Source: Pseudomonadota bacterium | GTDB taxonomy: Bacteria > Bdellovibrionota_B > Oligoflexia > Oligoflexales > CAIYRB01 | DNA: 56,787 nucleotides | Direction of reading: 5' to 3' | NCBI GenBank assembly: GCA_031416315.1 | Contig: JANOTL010000172.1 | Span: 1-56,787, forward strand | Shown: one piece after another, positions 18,900 to 29,200 of the stretch | Layout of the letters: each line of letters opens with the position of its first letter | Numbering within the stretch: the stretch's first letter is position 1 | Position numbers and translations under genes: made by a program | The notes under the pieces: generated by a model | Seen by the model: the letters and a program-made list of their open reading frames with translations, nothing else | Databases searched by the model: none | Told to the model about the DNA's origin: nothing

Positions 18900-18936
18900 T
18901 GCGATTCCCGTGCCAAGAATCGGCACGTCGATTGCA
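18900..18936. promoter_or_regulatory. Back-to-back divergent sigma54 promoters
   Basis: Minus: tGGcacgggaatcGCa (18915-18900). Plus: cGGcacgtcgattGCa (18921-18936). Confidence 0.75.
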
Positions 18937-18977
18937 CAGAGCTAGACGTGAAGTTCACCACCTCGAAAGGACACCCC

Positions 18978-19235
18978 ATGAACATGCCCGGATCCGATTT
19001 CGTCAAAGACAAAGCCATCGTCGCCAACGAGCGCGCACGCGAATTCGTCAAGGAAGGCTCGGGCGTTCTGAAAGAAAACGTCGACGAGCTGATGAAGCAG
19101 TCCTCGCAATACGCGCGCCTCGCCGAGCGCCGGATCAAGAAAAATCCGCTCGCCGCGGTCGCGATCGCCGCCGGCGTGGGCGTCGTCCTCGCAGGCGTCC
19201 TGGGCGTCGCCTTCCGCTCTTCGGCCCGGTCCTGA
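18978..19235 (+). CDS. ElaB/YqjD/DUF883-like tail-anchored protein
   Basis: SD AAGGA. C-terminal IKKNPLAAVAIAAGVGVVL signature. Confidence 0.8.
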   Translation: MNMPGSDFVKDKAIVANERAREFVKEGSGVLKENVDELMKQSSQYARLAERRIKKNPLAAVAIAAGVGVVLAGVLGVAFRSSARS

Positions 19236-19237
19236 GC

Positions 19238-19747
19238 ATGTTTAACAAGCCCGATCCGGTCCAGCAGCGCGTCGAGCGGGCGAAAGACGAGTTCACCCTC
19301 GCCGCGGACCGGGTCATGGACGCCATCAAGGAGCAGGCTCGCGAGGTCATCGTCGACCTCGGAGCCACCGTGCGCGAGACCGCGCACGAGACGTCCACCG
19401 CGCTCAGCGACGACGTCATTCGCATGAGCGGCGCGGTGGCGAAAGGTCTGCGCAACGTGAAGGAGGAGATCCAAGTGCCGCAATCCATCAGAGAGCATCC
19501 GTTCGCCTGGGTCGCGGGAGGCCTGGCTTTCGGCGCCGTCGGCTTCACCGCCCTCCGGGCAATGACCGCGCGTCCCGCCCGCATCGCCGCGGTGCAAGCT
19601 CAACAAGAAGAGCGCCGCATCGTCGCCAAGCGCGGGTCCTCGGTCGCCAAAACTCTGGCATTGGCTGCTTTGGACATTGGCTTGAACGTGTGGCTCTCGC
19701 GTCGTCAACAGCCCCGGCGGGGCGTCTTGGCGAGTCTTCTGCACTGA
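19238..19747 (+). CDS. Helical membrane-associated protein (DUF3618/DUF883-like)
   Basis: Coiled-coil N-terminus, IREHPFAWVAGGLAFG segment. Starts 2 bp after the previous stop. Confidence 0.65.
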   Translation: MFNKPDPVQQRVERAKDEFTLAADRVMDAIKEQAREVIVDLGATVRETAHETSTALSDDVIRMSGAVAKGLRNVKEEIQVPQSIREHPFAWVAGGLAFGAVGFTALRAMTARPARIAAVQAQQEERRIVAKRGSSVAKTLALAALDIGLNVWLSRRQQPRRGVLASLLH

Positions 19748-19809
19748 CCTCTGGCCCCTGGACCAGGGGTTTCCGCCTTGTCACTTAAACGGGACAGCAG
19801 CCGCCCCGC

Positions 19810-20304
19810 TTAAGTGGCGTTGCTCGGACCCTGCAGGAACCGTGAGGCCTGCATTTTCTGGAGCTCGGCATGCAGGCGGACCGAGAGCTCCCGAAGGTGT
19901 TGGATCTGCTCACGCAGAAGCTGGCGCGACTGAAAAAGCTCTACGAAAACGGCCACTTTTGCCTTGATGACGGCCGGCTCGAAAGGCTTGATGACGTAGT
20001 CGACGCCACCCGCGCTGTAGCCTTTGAAGACGAAGTCCATGTCGGTCGCGATGCCCGTGACGAAAATCAACGGCAGCGTGGCGTTGCGCTGGTTGGCGCG
20101 GATCAAGCGAGCGCATTCGAAGCCGTCCATGATCGGCATGCGCACGTCGAGGATGGCGACCGCGAACTCGTTGTGCAGCAAGGCCCGAAGCGCGTCTTCG
20201 CCGGACTCGGCGCGAACGATCCGGTACTCGGAATGGCTCAGGATGGCTTCGAGCGCGTCGAGATTCTTGGTGTTGTCGTCGACGATAAGAATGTTGGTGG
20301 CCAT
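19810..20304 (-). CDS. Response regulator receiver + coiled coil, no output domain
   Basis: ILIVDD, LDVRMP.MDGFE, IFVT, DYVIKP, KVAVFVELF. Confidence 0.9.
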   Translation of the reverse strand: MATNILIVDDNTKNLDALEAILSHSEYRIVRAESGEDALRALLHNEFAVAILDVRMPIMDGFECARLIRANQRNATLPLIFVTGIATDMDFVFKGYSAGGVDYVIKPFEPAVIKAKVAVFVELFQSRQLLREQIQHLRELSVRLHAELQKMQASRFLQGPSNAT

Positions 20305-20326
20305 GCGGTCTCCTTTGCGGAGGCTG

Positions 20327-20342
20327 TGCAAGCGTAATACCA
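20327..20342 (-). promoter_or_regulatory. Sigma54 -24/-12 promoter
   Basis: tGGtattacgcttGCa, 23 bp upstream of the receiver gene. Confidence 0.65.
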
Positions 20343-20349
20343 AAATCCT

Positions 20350-21165
20350 CTAGAACACCGGATAAAGCTGAACGTTGAACCGAACGAGCGCGTCCGCATC
20401 CCCCGTCTCCAGCTCCGCCTGCATCTCAAGAAGCTTCGCTTTCAGCTCCCTGACGAATGGCGCCAACCGGTCACGCTTCACGCTGATCACCGAGGCCTCG
20501 AAGTGGGCCTCGGGCGAGCGGCCGAACCATTTGCCGAGCTGGCCGCTGGCGTCGTTCATGGCGTGGCGGAGGAAGGCCAGCTGGGCGCCGCGGACGTCTG
20601 CGCCTTCAAGCATGATCTGCGGTCGCTTCAGCGTGTAAGACGTGGCCCCGCGTTCGACGTAGCCGCGGCGCTCGAGGTCGGATAGAGCCTCGCGAACTTC
20701 CTTAGCGCGCTCGGCGCCGAAGGCATTGACGAGCTGCTCCAGGGTCGGGGCGTTGGCGAAGAGCCCGAAGGCGGCGAACACCTCGAAGGCGAAAAAGCGC
20801 GGCAAGGCGTGCGCCGGCTCCAGCACGATGCGCATCGTCTTTTCGAGCAGCGCGAGACGCACGCCGGCACTCTTCGTCGCCGCCGGCGTCTTGGCGCGAG
20901 CGCGCGCGACGAGATGGCGGAGATATTCGGCGCCGAGCTCGTCTAGACCGAGGCCGTGGGCGACGCCTGCGACGTGACGCATCGTAAGGGCACGCTTGCC
21001 GTGGACCAAGTCGGAGGCGTGCCCCCGCGAGACGAGGCCGGCCTCGCGGCAAAATTTCGCGAGGGAAAACCTCGCGTTGCGCGCCTTGCGCGCGTCGAAG
21101 AGGCGGGCCAAGGCCGTGGCCGGATCCGCAGCGGCGAGGAGGATATGGTATGCGTCGCGCGCCAT
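20350..21165 (-). CDS. TIGR02147/DUF4423-type HTH protein
   Basis: RKARNARFSLAKF...G..S.G....L..GKR.L N-terminus and C-terminal 'VRFNVQLYPV'. Confidence 0.8.
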   Translation of the reverse strand: MARDAYHILLAAADPATALARLFDARKARNARFSLAKFCREAGLVSRGHASDLVHGKRALTMRHVAGVAHGLGLDELGAEYLRHLVARARAKTPAATKSAGVRLALLEKTMRIVLEPAHALPRFFAFEVFAAFGLFANAPTLEQLVNAFGAERAKEVREALSDLERRGYVERGATSYTLKRPQIMLEGADVRGAQLAFLRHAMNDASGQLGKWFGRSPEAHFEASVISVKRDRLAPFVRELKAKLLEMQAELETGDADALVRFNVQLYPVF

Positions 21166-21284
21166 GGTGTTCGCAGATTCGAGGTTTTCGGAGCAGTTTC
21201 CGTTGGACCGAGGCCGAGCGCCTTGCCGCGGACGGGGCCGTTTGAGACAAGCATTTCAACCCATTCGAGGAGGCTCTGACCACC

Positions 21285-21620
21285 ATGAACATGCTCGCCA
21301 TCGCACTTTTGGCCGCCGGTCTATCGGATCCCGTGCCGGGCCGGATCGAAAGCCGGGAATACGTCTTCGAGGACACGAGCTTCATGTCGGCCGAGGTCAC
21401 CGGCGACTCGGCCCGGCAGATGTACGAGTTCCTGAAGCAGCGGACCGCCGAATGGTGGTGTCCCGAAGCGCCGGAGACCAAGTTCGTTCACGCCGCGAGC
21501 ATCCGCTGCACGAACGACCGGAACCTCCGCTGGTCCTGCGGGATCCTGATCGGCGAGGACGGCTTCGTGTCGGGGGACTACATGGCGTGTCCGGCGCCTA
21601 GCATCGGGGTTCGGGATTAA
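21285..21620 (+). CDS. Small secreted protein
   Basis: SD GAGGAGG, short signal peptide, four Cys. Confidence 0.7.
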   Translation: MNMLAIALLAAGLSDPVPGRIESREYVFEDTSFMSAEVTGDSARQMYEFLKQRTAEWWCPEAPETKFVHAASIRCTNDRNLRWSCGILIGEDGFVSGDYMACPAPSIGVRD

Positions 21621-21629
21621 GGCAGCGTT

Positions 21630-21647
21630 CCGAAACGGCCGTTTCGG
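21630..21647. terminator. Perfect 18-bp palindrome between convergent genes
   Basis: CCGAAACGGCCGTTTCGG. Confidence 0.45.
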
Positions 21648-21673
21648 GAGAGGACTCTGCGGTAGAAAATGCT

Positions 21674-23368
21674 TCAGTCGCCGAAGATCTTCTCCCGGAT
21701 CTGCCAGTAATGCGTCTTCTTCCGCGCGATCAGGAAGAGGGGCATGCGCAGAAGGTGGAGCTGCCCGAGGACGTCGTCCGCGGTGCGCACCTCGACCGGC
21801 TTCTCTGGAACGCGTTGATGCAGTCGCAGGAAATTGTAGTAGAAGGCGCGAGCGTCGCTCTCGGAGTTCAGGTAGTGGAACTCGCGCAGGTACTCGCCGT
21901 CGTGGTCGTAGTATCGGATCTCGAGCCGCTCGTTGCCCTTCTTGTCGGCCGTCTTGTCGAAAACCATCGAGTCGGGGCGCATCACGTGCGCGTCTTTCAA
22001 GGACATGGCGTCGCGCAGCTTCTTGTCGTTGTCGACCAGGAGCGCGCGGCAGCCAGAGCATTCGCGCGCGGAGATGTCGTTCTCGGCGCCACATTGGTCG
22101 CAGCGCTTGAAGCGAAAGCGGAAGCCGCAGTCGTGACAGCGGCGGCCGTAGTGCTCGATCACCTCGCCTTCGTCCATCAGACCCCAAAAATCGTTGACGT
22201 AGCCGCACTCGGGGCAGTCGACGTGGACCGGGACGGCGTCGGCCGAAGGCTTGTGCTCGTCGATCTCGGGGCTGAAGATGTCGTGGCCGACGCCGGTGTA
22301 GTCTAGAATCAGGCAGTCCCTTTTGCCTTCGCTCAAGCGCAGGCCGCGGCCGACGATCTGCTGGTAGAGGCTCACCGACTCGGTCGGGCGAAGGATGGCG
22401 ATGAGGTCGACATGCGGCGCGTCGAAGCCGGTGGTGAGCACCGAAACGTTCACGAGATATTTCAGCTCACGCCGTTTGAAGCGGGCGATGATCGCGTCGC
22501 GCTCAGCGGAGGGCGTCTCGCCGACGACCATCGCCGCGGCCGCGTCCGGGAGCGAGCTCATGATCTCCTCGGCATGGCGCACGGAGGCCGTGAAGATCAT
22601 CACGCCTTGGCGATCCTTCGCCATGTCGACGATGTTCAAGACGATGCCAGGCGTGACGCGCTCTTGATCCTTGAGGACGCTCTCGACCTCGCTCATCGAG
22701 AGGCGGGCGCCGGGCGAGAGCTTCTCCATCAAGGTCGAGAAGTCGTAGCCGGCGACGGGAGCGTCGATCTTGATCGGCGGCGTCAGGTAGCCCTGCGCGA
22801 TCATCGTTCGCAGCGTCAGCTCGAAGACGCACTTCTTGAAGAAGCGGGTCTCGCCCGTACGGGCGACGCCGCGGTGGTTCAGCTGGTAGATCCAGCCGAG
22901 GCCCAAACGGTAGGGCGTCGCCGTCAGGCCGAGGACGCACAAAGCCGGATTGCCGACGCGCAGCTTGCGGAGGACCTGCGCATACTGCGACTCCTCGTCG
23001 TCGGAGACGCGGTGGCACTCGTCGATGACGAGGAGCGAGAAGTCGGCGAAGAAGCCGGCGGCGGCGCGGGCGACGGACTGGATGCTACCGAAGATGACCT
23101 TCGCCTTCGTGTCCTTCCGCTCGAGGCCGGCGGAGTAGATGCCGGCCTCGAGACCGTAGCTCGCATACTTCTGCGAGTTCTGCTCGACGAGCTCCTTGAC
23201 GTGGGCGAGGACGAGGACGCGGCCTTTCGCGATGCGGGCGAGCTCGGCGATCACGAGGCTTTTGCCGGCGCCGGTGGGGAGGACGAGGACGGCGGGGTCG
23301 CGTTGGAGCTGGAAGTGCCGAAGGGTGGCGTCTACGGCTTGGCGTTGGTAGGGGCGAAGTTGGTACAT
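21674..23368 (-). CDS. radD: RadD (YejH) SF2 DNA repair helicase
   Basis: LPTGAGKS, DECH, LTATP, LTTGFDAP, QIVGRGLR, C-terminal Zn fingers CPEC/CHDC/CDQC/CSGC. Confidence 0.93.
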   Translation of the reverse strand: MYQLRPYQRQAVDATLRHFQLQRDPAVLVLPTGAGKSLVIAELARIAKGRVLVLAHVKELVEQNSQKYASYGLEAGIYSAGLERKDTKAKVIFGSIQSVARAAAGFFADFSLLVIDECHRVSDDEESQYAQVLRKLRVGNPALCVLGLTATPYRLGLGWIYQLNHRGVARTGETRFFKKCVFELTLRTMIAQGYLTPPIKIDAPVAGYDFSTLMEKLSPGARLSMSEVESVLKDQERVTPGIVLNIVDMAKDRQGVMIFTASVRHAEEIMSSLPDAAAAMVVGETPSAERDAIIARFKRRELKYLVNVSVLTTGFDAPHVDLIAILRPTESVSLYQQIVGRGLRLSEGKRDCLILDYTGVGHDIFSPEIDEHKPSADAVPVHVDCPECGYVNDFWGLMDEGEVIEHYGRRCHDCGFRFRFKRCDQCGAENDISARECSGCRALLVDNDKKLRDAMSLKDAHVMRPDSMVFDKTADKKGNERLEIRYYDHDGEYLREFHYLNSESDARAFYYNFLRLHQRVPEKPVEVRTADDVLGQLHLLRMPLFLIARKKTHYWQIREKIFGD

Positions 23369-23444
23369 CAGGATTTCGTACCACGAATCGCCCTCCTCCG
23401 CGCCCTTTGCGCGAGGGAGCGAAGGGCGCGAAGGAACAGGCTAG

Positions 23445-23915
23445 TCAGGGCTTGAACCGTAAGTACTCTTCCGCGTCGACGGCGAGCCGCATCGGAACGG
23501 CGCAGCGGATGCAGGAGCCGCCGTCGAGCGCATTCGCCTCCCGCACGGCCTTGGCCAAGATGAGCCGGTTCTCCTCGCGCCCACAGTTGGCGCAGACGAG
23601 GGGCGCGATGAAGGAGACGAGCTCGGAGCCGCCGGTCAGGCCCGGGTTGCGGTTCAGCGCTTTGATGAAGGGGACCGAGCAAACGTGGAAGGTGACCCTG
23701 CGCCCCGAGAAGGCCGTATTGGCAAGCCTCTCCAGCTGCTGAGCGCCCTGGGCATCCAGGCTCTCCACCTCGCTCAGGTCGAGGAAGACGCGCTCGGCGC
23801 CCTGGACGAGGCGGCCCAGCTCCTCCAGGGACTTCGCGGCGCGCTCGTCGATCACGCCCGAAAGAGCCGCCTCGAGAACGCCCGGGTTCGGTTGCACATG
23901 CGTGATGTTCAGCAT
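23445..23915 (-). CDS. STAS-like domain + Zn ribbon protein
   Basis: LSGVIDE, LDLSEVESLDAQG, CANC...CIRC...EEYLRF. Confidence 0.75.
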   Translation of the reverse strand: MLNITHVQPNPGVLEAALSGVIDERAAKSLEELGRLVQGAERVFLDLSEVESLDAQGAQQLERLANTAFSGRRVTFHVCSVPFIKALNRNPGLTGGSELVSFIAPLVCANCGREENRLILAKAVREANALDGGSCIRCAVPMRLAVDAEEYLRFKP

Positions 23916-23979
23916 GCTTCGATTTTCCCGCGCTTCAGGGTACATTGCAAGCCTCGCAAAAACCCCTCGGAGACGCGCA

Positions 23980-24330
23980 ATGCCCCAATATGTCGACGGA
24001 TATGTCTTACCTGTGCCGAAGAAGAACATCGCCAAGTACCGCAAACTCGCGCGGCTCGCGAAGAAGATCTACCTAGAATACGGAGCGCTCGACTATCGGG
24101 AATGCGTCGGGGACGATCTGAAGCCGAAGATCGGCGTCCAATTCCCGAAAATGCTCAAGGCGAAGCCGAGCGAGACCGTCGTCTTTGCTTGGATCGCCTT
24201 CAAATCGAAAGCGCATCGCAATCAGGTGCTGAAGAAGGTGTTGAGCGACGCGCGCATGCAAATGGACCCGGACTCCATGCCTTTCGAGTGGCGGCGCATG
24301 CTCTACGGCGGCTTTAAGACCCTGGTGTAA
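23980..24330 (+). CDS. DUF1428 (YbaA) family protein
   Basis: YVDGYVLPVP, ECVGDDL, ETVVFAWI, MPF...RM.YGGF. Confidence 0.92.
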   Translation: MPQYVDGYVLPVPKKNIAKYRKLARLAKKIYLEYGALDYRECVGDDLKPKIGVQFPKMLKAKPSETVVFAWIAFKSKAHRNQVLKKVLSDARMQMDPDSMPFEWRRMLYGGFKTLV

Positions 24331-24426
24331 GTGCATTCTAAACTGCACGGAGAGCGGACTGAGGGTCGACCGAACCCGGCGGAAAGCCTTTGCAAAGTGG
24401 GTGACTGGCGGGTACCAATACACCCC

Positions 24427-25101
24427 ATGGCAGTCGCTCTCTATTCCGGCAGCTTGACGCAGTTCTTCCTCGGCACGTGGATCGACGATCTACCGGCCGA
24501 CGGAGACGCCGCGAGCGTGGACGGCGGCGCGGAGGAGGGCGAGGTCGAGCCCGAACCACAAGACGTGCTGAAATTCTTCGAGAGCTTTCGCGAGCAGGTC
24601 TCGACCCAGCTTTCGGCGCATGCGAAGGAACCGCCGCGTTGGACCGAGTCCGTGGACGGACCGCGCTCGGTCGCGGTGCTCGAGACCGAGGAATACGGCG
24701 CCCTCATGCTGTTCGCAGCGCGGGTTGCGGCGCGGGGCCAGATCATGCCGGGCTATAACCGCAAGCGCGATTGGTCCGAGGACCCCGCCGTGCGCACGCT
24801 CCTCCTTTCCGAGCGTGACGTCGGCGCGATGCACCACCTGGTCAAGGCAGACACCTGGCTGCCGGCGGAATTCCTGCCGATAGCCCTCGCAAAGCTCCCG
24901 TACGCCGACGTGCGCATTGGCTCATTGCCTCAACTAGCGCTTGCTCTGGAAGAAGTCGGCAAGGCCCTCGAGGCGCCAGACGCCTCGGTCGGCATGCTTC
25001 CGACTGAGACGGTCGCCGCAGCCCGCCGCGCCTTTGATGCCTTCGTCAGAGTCCTGGCGCACGCTCGCAGCGAGCGCCTCCCGATGGTCGCCGACGTTTG
25101 A
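24427..25101 (+). CDS. Hypothetical protein
   Basis: Coding-like ORF starting MAVALYSGSLTQFF. Its stop overlaps the mltA start. Confidence 0.7.
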   Translation: MAVALYSGSLTQFFLGTWIDDLPADGDAASVDGGAEEGEVEPEPQDVLKFFESFREQVSTQLSAHAKEPPRWTESVDGPRSVAVLETEEYGALMLFAARVAARGQIMPGYNRKRDWSEDPAVRTLLLSERDVGAMHHLVKADTWLPAEFLPIALAKLPYADVRIGSLPQLALALEEVGKALEAPDASVGMLPTETVAAARRAFDAFVRVLAHARSERLPMVADV

Positions 25102-26222
25102 GCCGCGGCGCGCCCTTCTTCGCTGTCCTCGTGGGTCTTCAGATGGCCCTCGGCGCCTGCACGCGCGCGCCGCTTGTGGATCCGTCGCAAGCGATGCGGC
25201 CGAAAGCGGGCGTCGCGATCGAAGACGACATGGCTTATGCCGAGCTAGCGGCGCCATTGCGCGAGCAGGTGGCCGTACTGCGCAAGTCGGGCAAGTCCCT
25301 GCGTTTTGGCGCGAAGTCGATCGACGCCGCGGCGTATGCGGAGAAGCTGGAAGCGCTGATCCTCGCGCTTGATGCGGGGAAGGGCGCCGAGCACCTCCGT
25401 GCGCACTTCGACACGTATGAAGTGTACGGCGGCGAGCGTTGGGGCGAAGTGAAGCTCACCGCCTACTACGAGCCGATTATCCAAGGCGCGCGTGAGGCGA
25501 CGGCGCAATACTCCGAGCCCGTGATGCGGCGACCGGACGATCTGCTGGCGATCGCGACGAACCAGTATTGGGAGCCGATCAAGGGCGTCTCGTCGATGCG
25601 GGGGCGCCTCGATCCGAAGCAGAAGACGCGGATCATCCCCTATTTCACGCGGGACGAAATCTACAAAGGCGCGTTGAAGGAGCGCCAACTCGAGCTCGCC
25701 TGGGTCGACCCGGTCGACGGCTTCTTCATGCAGATCCAAGGCTCGGGAACCATCGCCCTCGACGACGGCGCGAGCCTGCGCGTCGGCTATGCCGACCAGA
25801 ACGGCCACCCCTACAAGGCAATCGGGAGCCTCCTTCTCGACGCGATCCCGAAAGCGAAGATGAGCATGGACGCGATCGTCGCGCATCTGCGTGGCCTTGA
25901 CCTGGCAAAACGCATGGAGCTCATGGCAGCGAATCCGAGCTACGTGTTCTTCGACGTGCGGCAAGGGCCGGCAGTCACGAGCAACACGACAGCCGCGATT
26001 CCTGGGCGGACGATCGCGACGGACACCAAGTTTTTTCCGAAGGGGGCGATCGCGTTGCTGCAGTTCGACGGGAAGACGCGGGTCGTGATCGACCAGGACG
26101 CCGGCGGTGCGATCCGCGGCGGCGGGAGGGTCGACCTCTTTTGGGGGCGAGGCGCGGAGGCGGGGAAAATCGCGGGGGCGATCAATCAAAAGGCGACCTT
26201 GCACTATCTGGTGCCGCGGTAG
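25098..26222 (+). CDS. mltA: Membrane-bound lytic transglycosylase A
   Basis: LGAC lipobox, TAYYEP, FFMQIQGSG, NGHPY, NPSYVFF, QDAGGAIRG..RVDLFWG. Confidence 0.93.
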   Translation: MSRGAPFFAVLVGLQMALGACTRAPLVDPSQAMRPKAGVAIEDDMAYAELAAPLREQVAVLRKSGKSLRFGAKSIDAAAYAEKLEALILALDAGKGAEHLRAHFDTYEVYGGERWGEVKLTAYYEPIIQGAREATAQYSEPVMRRPDDLLAIATNQYWEPIKGVSSMRGRLDPKQKTRIIPYFTRDEIYKGALKERQLELAWVDPVDGFFMQIQGSGTIALDDGASLRVGYADQNGHPYKAIGSLLLDAIPKAKMSMDAIVAHLRGLDLAKRMELMAANPSYVFFDVRQGPAVTSNTTAAIPGRTIATDTKFFPKGAIALLQFDGKTRVVIDQDAGGAIRGGGRVDLFWGRGAEAGKIAGAINQKATLHYLVPR

Positions 26223-26247
26223 CCCCCGCCTGTCCGAAGAAACGACC

Positions 26248-29200
26248 TTACGGCAGCGCCACCGTCCCGCAAGGCAAGGTCACGTCGAACCGCGCCGGCT
26301 TGAACTCGCAGACCAGGACTTTGCCGGCGAGCTCGTCGACCGGAGCTGCGACGTCCACCGTGGTCACGGTCGGCAGGTCGTGACGGAGCTGAAGCTGCCG
26401 CACGGTCGTGCCGATCGTGGCCGCTGCGGCGCTCTCACCGCGGGCGATCACGTGCAGGCGGGACGGCAGAACGGCGCTCGTCGAAACGCTTGTCCCGAGG
26501 TCGAACGCAGCGAGGACGAGATCGGCCGGGCCGAATCCGACAGGAACCTCGGCCGCGCTGGCCGCGCCAGTGGCGCTGAGATCGAGCCAAGTCCACACTA
26601 CCGGGTTTGCGACGCTCGAAGCCCGCAGGTTCCAGTAGGGATAAGCCGCGACCGACGCTTGCCGCGCGACGAGCGTCGGGTCCAGACGAAGGCTGACGCT
26701 CGCGCCGAGCACGCCGAGGTCGACCGCGTCGGTGGAGCGCCACTCCCAAGCGGTCGGAAGTCGGGTCAGCTCGATGTCTTGCTCCTGGCCCGGTCGACCG
26801 AGAAAGAGAGAGCCGCTCGTCGGGCCCATCGAGGTGCGTAGCTGTAATTGGACGGTCGCGCTGCGGACGCCGGTCTCGGCGTCCGCGGTCTTCACGTCCA
26901 GGACCGAAAGATCGAGCTGGAACCACTGGATGCGGTAGCGCAGCTCTTGCGTCTCTGGGCAAATGTTGTGGCTCGAGCCGCCGATGAAGACGAGCTCGTA
27001 AGTGCCGTTCTTGTCCGCAGCGTAAGCGCCGTCGCGGACGAAGAGGTTGCGCGTGCCGCCGGCTGCGGGGACGGTGCCGACCGCCTCGGCGCGGCGGCCA
27101 TTCGGGTCGTATGCGGTGAAGCCGCCGCAGAGCTCACCGTCGCCGGCGACCTCGCTGCTGACCAGGAGATGCGTCGCCCATTCCGGACGCTCGAGGTAGA
27201 CGCGCTCAATCGTCGCAGGCACGACTGTAAGCTCGCCGGTGAGCGCGACGTTCGACGCGGGCAGGGCGTTGCCGATGGTGACCGGGATCACCTGGCGCAG
27301 GACGTTGGTATCGGCGTTGAAGATGCGGAGCTCGGCCAACGCTTCGCTGACGCCGAGAGCTTCGATTTTCGCCCAATCGAGCGCGACGTCGAGACGGGAA
27401 CCGACGCGGGCCACGAAGAGATGGCTCGGCGCGGAGATCCAGTCGGGGGCCGCATTCGTGGCCGGATCGCGGATTTCGATGCGAAGGTGCTCGTTATAGC
27501 TGCCCTGGGCGGCTTCGCTCCAGCTGGTGTCAAAGCTCGGAAAGAGAGTGAAGACGTAGCGCGGAGCGCGGCCGGCATTGCCGCGGACGTAGACGCCTCG
27601 GCGCGTAACGCCTTGAGCATTCATCTCGCCGCCGACGAAGAGCGCGGGACGGTGCAGAGTCGCCCCGATGAGCGCGCGGTAGGCGACGAGCGCGCCTTCG
27701 AGCTGGGCAACGCCGTAGCCTTGGTCGACGAAGGGTACGCCTTCGAGCGGCCGAGCGCTGTCCAGGATCGCTTGGCGGAAAAGGTCGCGCGAATACGTCA
27801 GCCCTTCCGCGCGCACTTGCGACAGCACACGCGCGGCGAAACCCGACATCGCCGGTGTCGCCGAGCTGGTGCCGCTGAACGGGCCGAACCCGCCGTCGGA
27901 GGTGCTGGCAACGATCCCCGCGAGCGGGCTCATGACGAGGGGTCCGGAGGCGCCGTCGAGGCCAGGGCCGCGCGACGAGTACGAGACGACGCCGCCGTAA
28001 CCGAGCGCGCTGCCGAAAGTGGACTGCGCCATCTCCGCGGTCAAATACGCGCCGACGGGAATGGCGAAGGACGGGTATAGGAGCGCGCGGTTCATCGAGC
28101 CGCGACCCGGGCCGTTGTTGCCGGCGCTGAAGAAGTATAGGGCTCCGGTCGAGTCCAGGGCACTGGTAAGCACGCGGCCCATGGCAACTTGCGCCGAGGC
28201 GGACGAGAAAAACAGGCTGTAGGAAAGGTTGACGATGTCGGCCGCGCTGCCGCCGGCGCGCAGCACGCGGGCGAGCTCGGCGATCGTATAGCGGTTGGGC
28301 GCGTAATAGTCCCCCAGATGCACGTCGACGACGGCGGCGCCCGGTGCGACCCCGTCGAAGCCGCGGCCAGCGATGTCGTGGCCTGCGGCGATCGAGGCGA
28401 CGCCTTCCCCGTGCGTGCCGGTCTCGGCCGCGCTTTCCGGAACAGCGACGCTCAGGAAGCGCTCGGTGGCCGCGGTCGCTGCGCAGGACGCGAGCGGCTC
28501 GTCTGCCGGCGCCGTGCCGAGGAGCGCCGTATTCAAGAGGTCGAAGCCGACGAAGCGGCCGTCGCCCAAAGCAAGCTGCGTTTGATCCGCGACCGTCGCG
28601 CCAGTGAGCGGCACGAAGACTTCGGCGGGGGCGATGGCGCCGTCACGGTCGGCGTCGACGAGGATGAACGTGCGCCGTGCGCCGTCAGCGCCGGTGACCT
28701 CGGCGACCTGGGCCGCGAGCGGCACCGCGAGCGCCTCGCCCCAGGTGAAACATTTGTCGGTCGCGTGCGTGACGCCCGGGTTGACGCCACATGCGTCGAG
28801 GTCGAACGCGAGACGGAACGCTCCGTCACGGACGGCGAGCTCCGGCACGGCATCGAGGTTCCAGGCGGCGCTGGCGGCAGCCGTAGCGACCGGACGCTCG
28901 CAGGAAAGCGGCGCGGCGCGGAGCGGCAGCTGCCAGCGCGACGACGCGTTGATCGAGCTCGCGATCTTCGGGCGACCGTCGGTCGTCGTCAGAAGGCCCG
29001 GACGGCCTAAGGCGACGCCGTCGTCGACGACGGCGATGCGGACCCCGCGGCCGTCGGCCTCGGGATGCGCGAGGACCCAAGCGGAGAGGCCAAATTCCTC
29101 TTTCCCGCCGAAGAGCAGCTGCTCGTCGGCCGACGTCGAGGGATCGTCGCGACGGTCGCGACGGAGATCGACCGGAGCGTCGAGCGCCATGACCGCGCCT

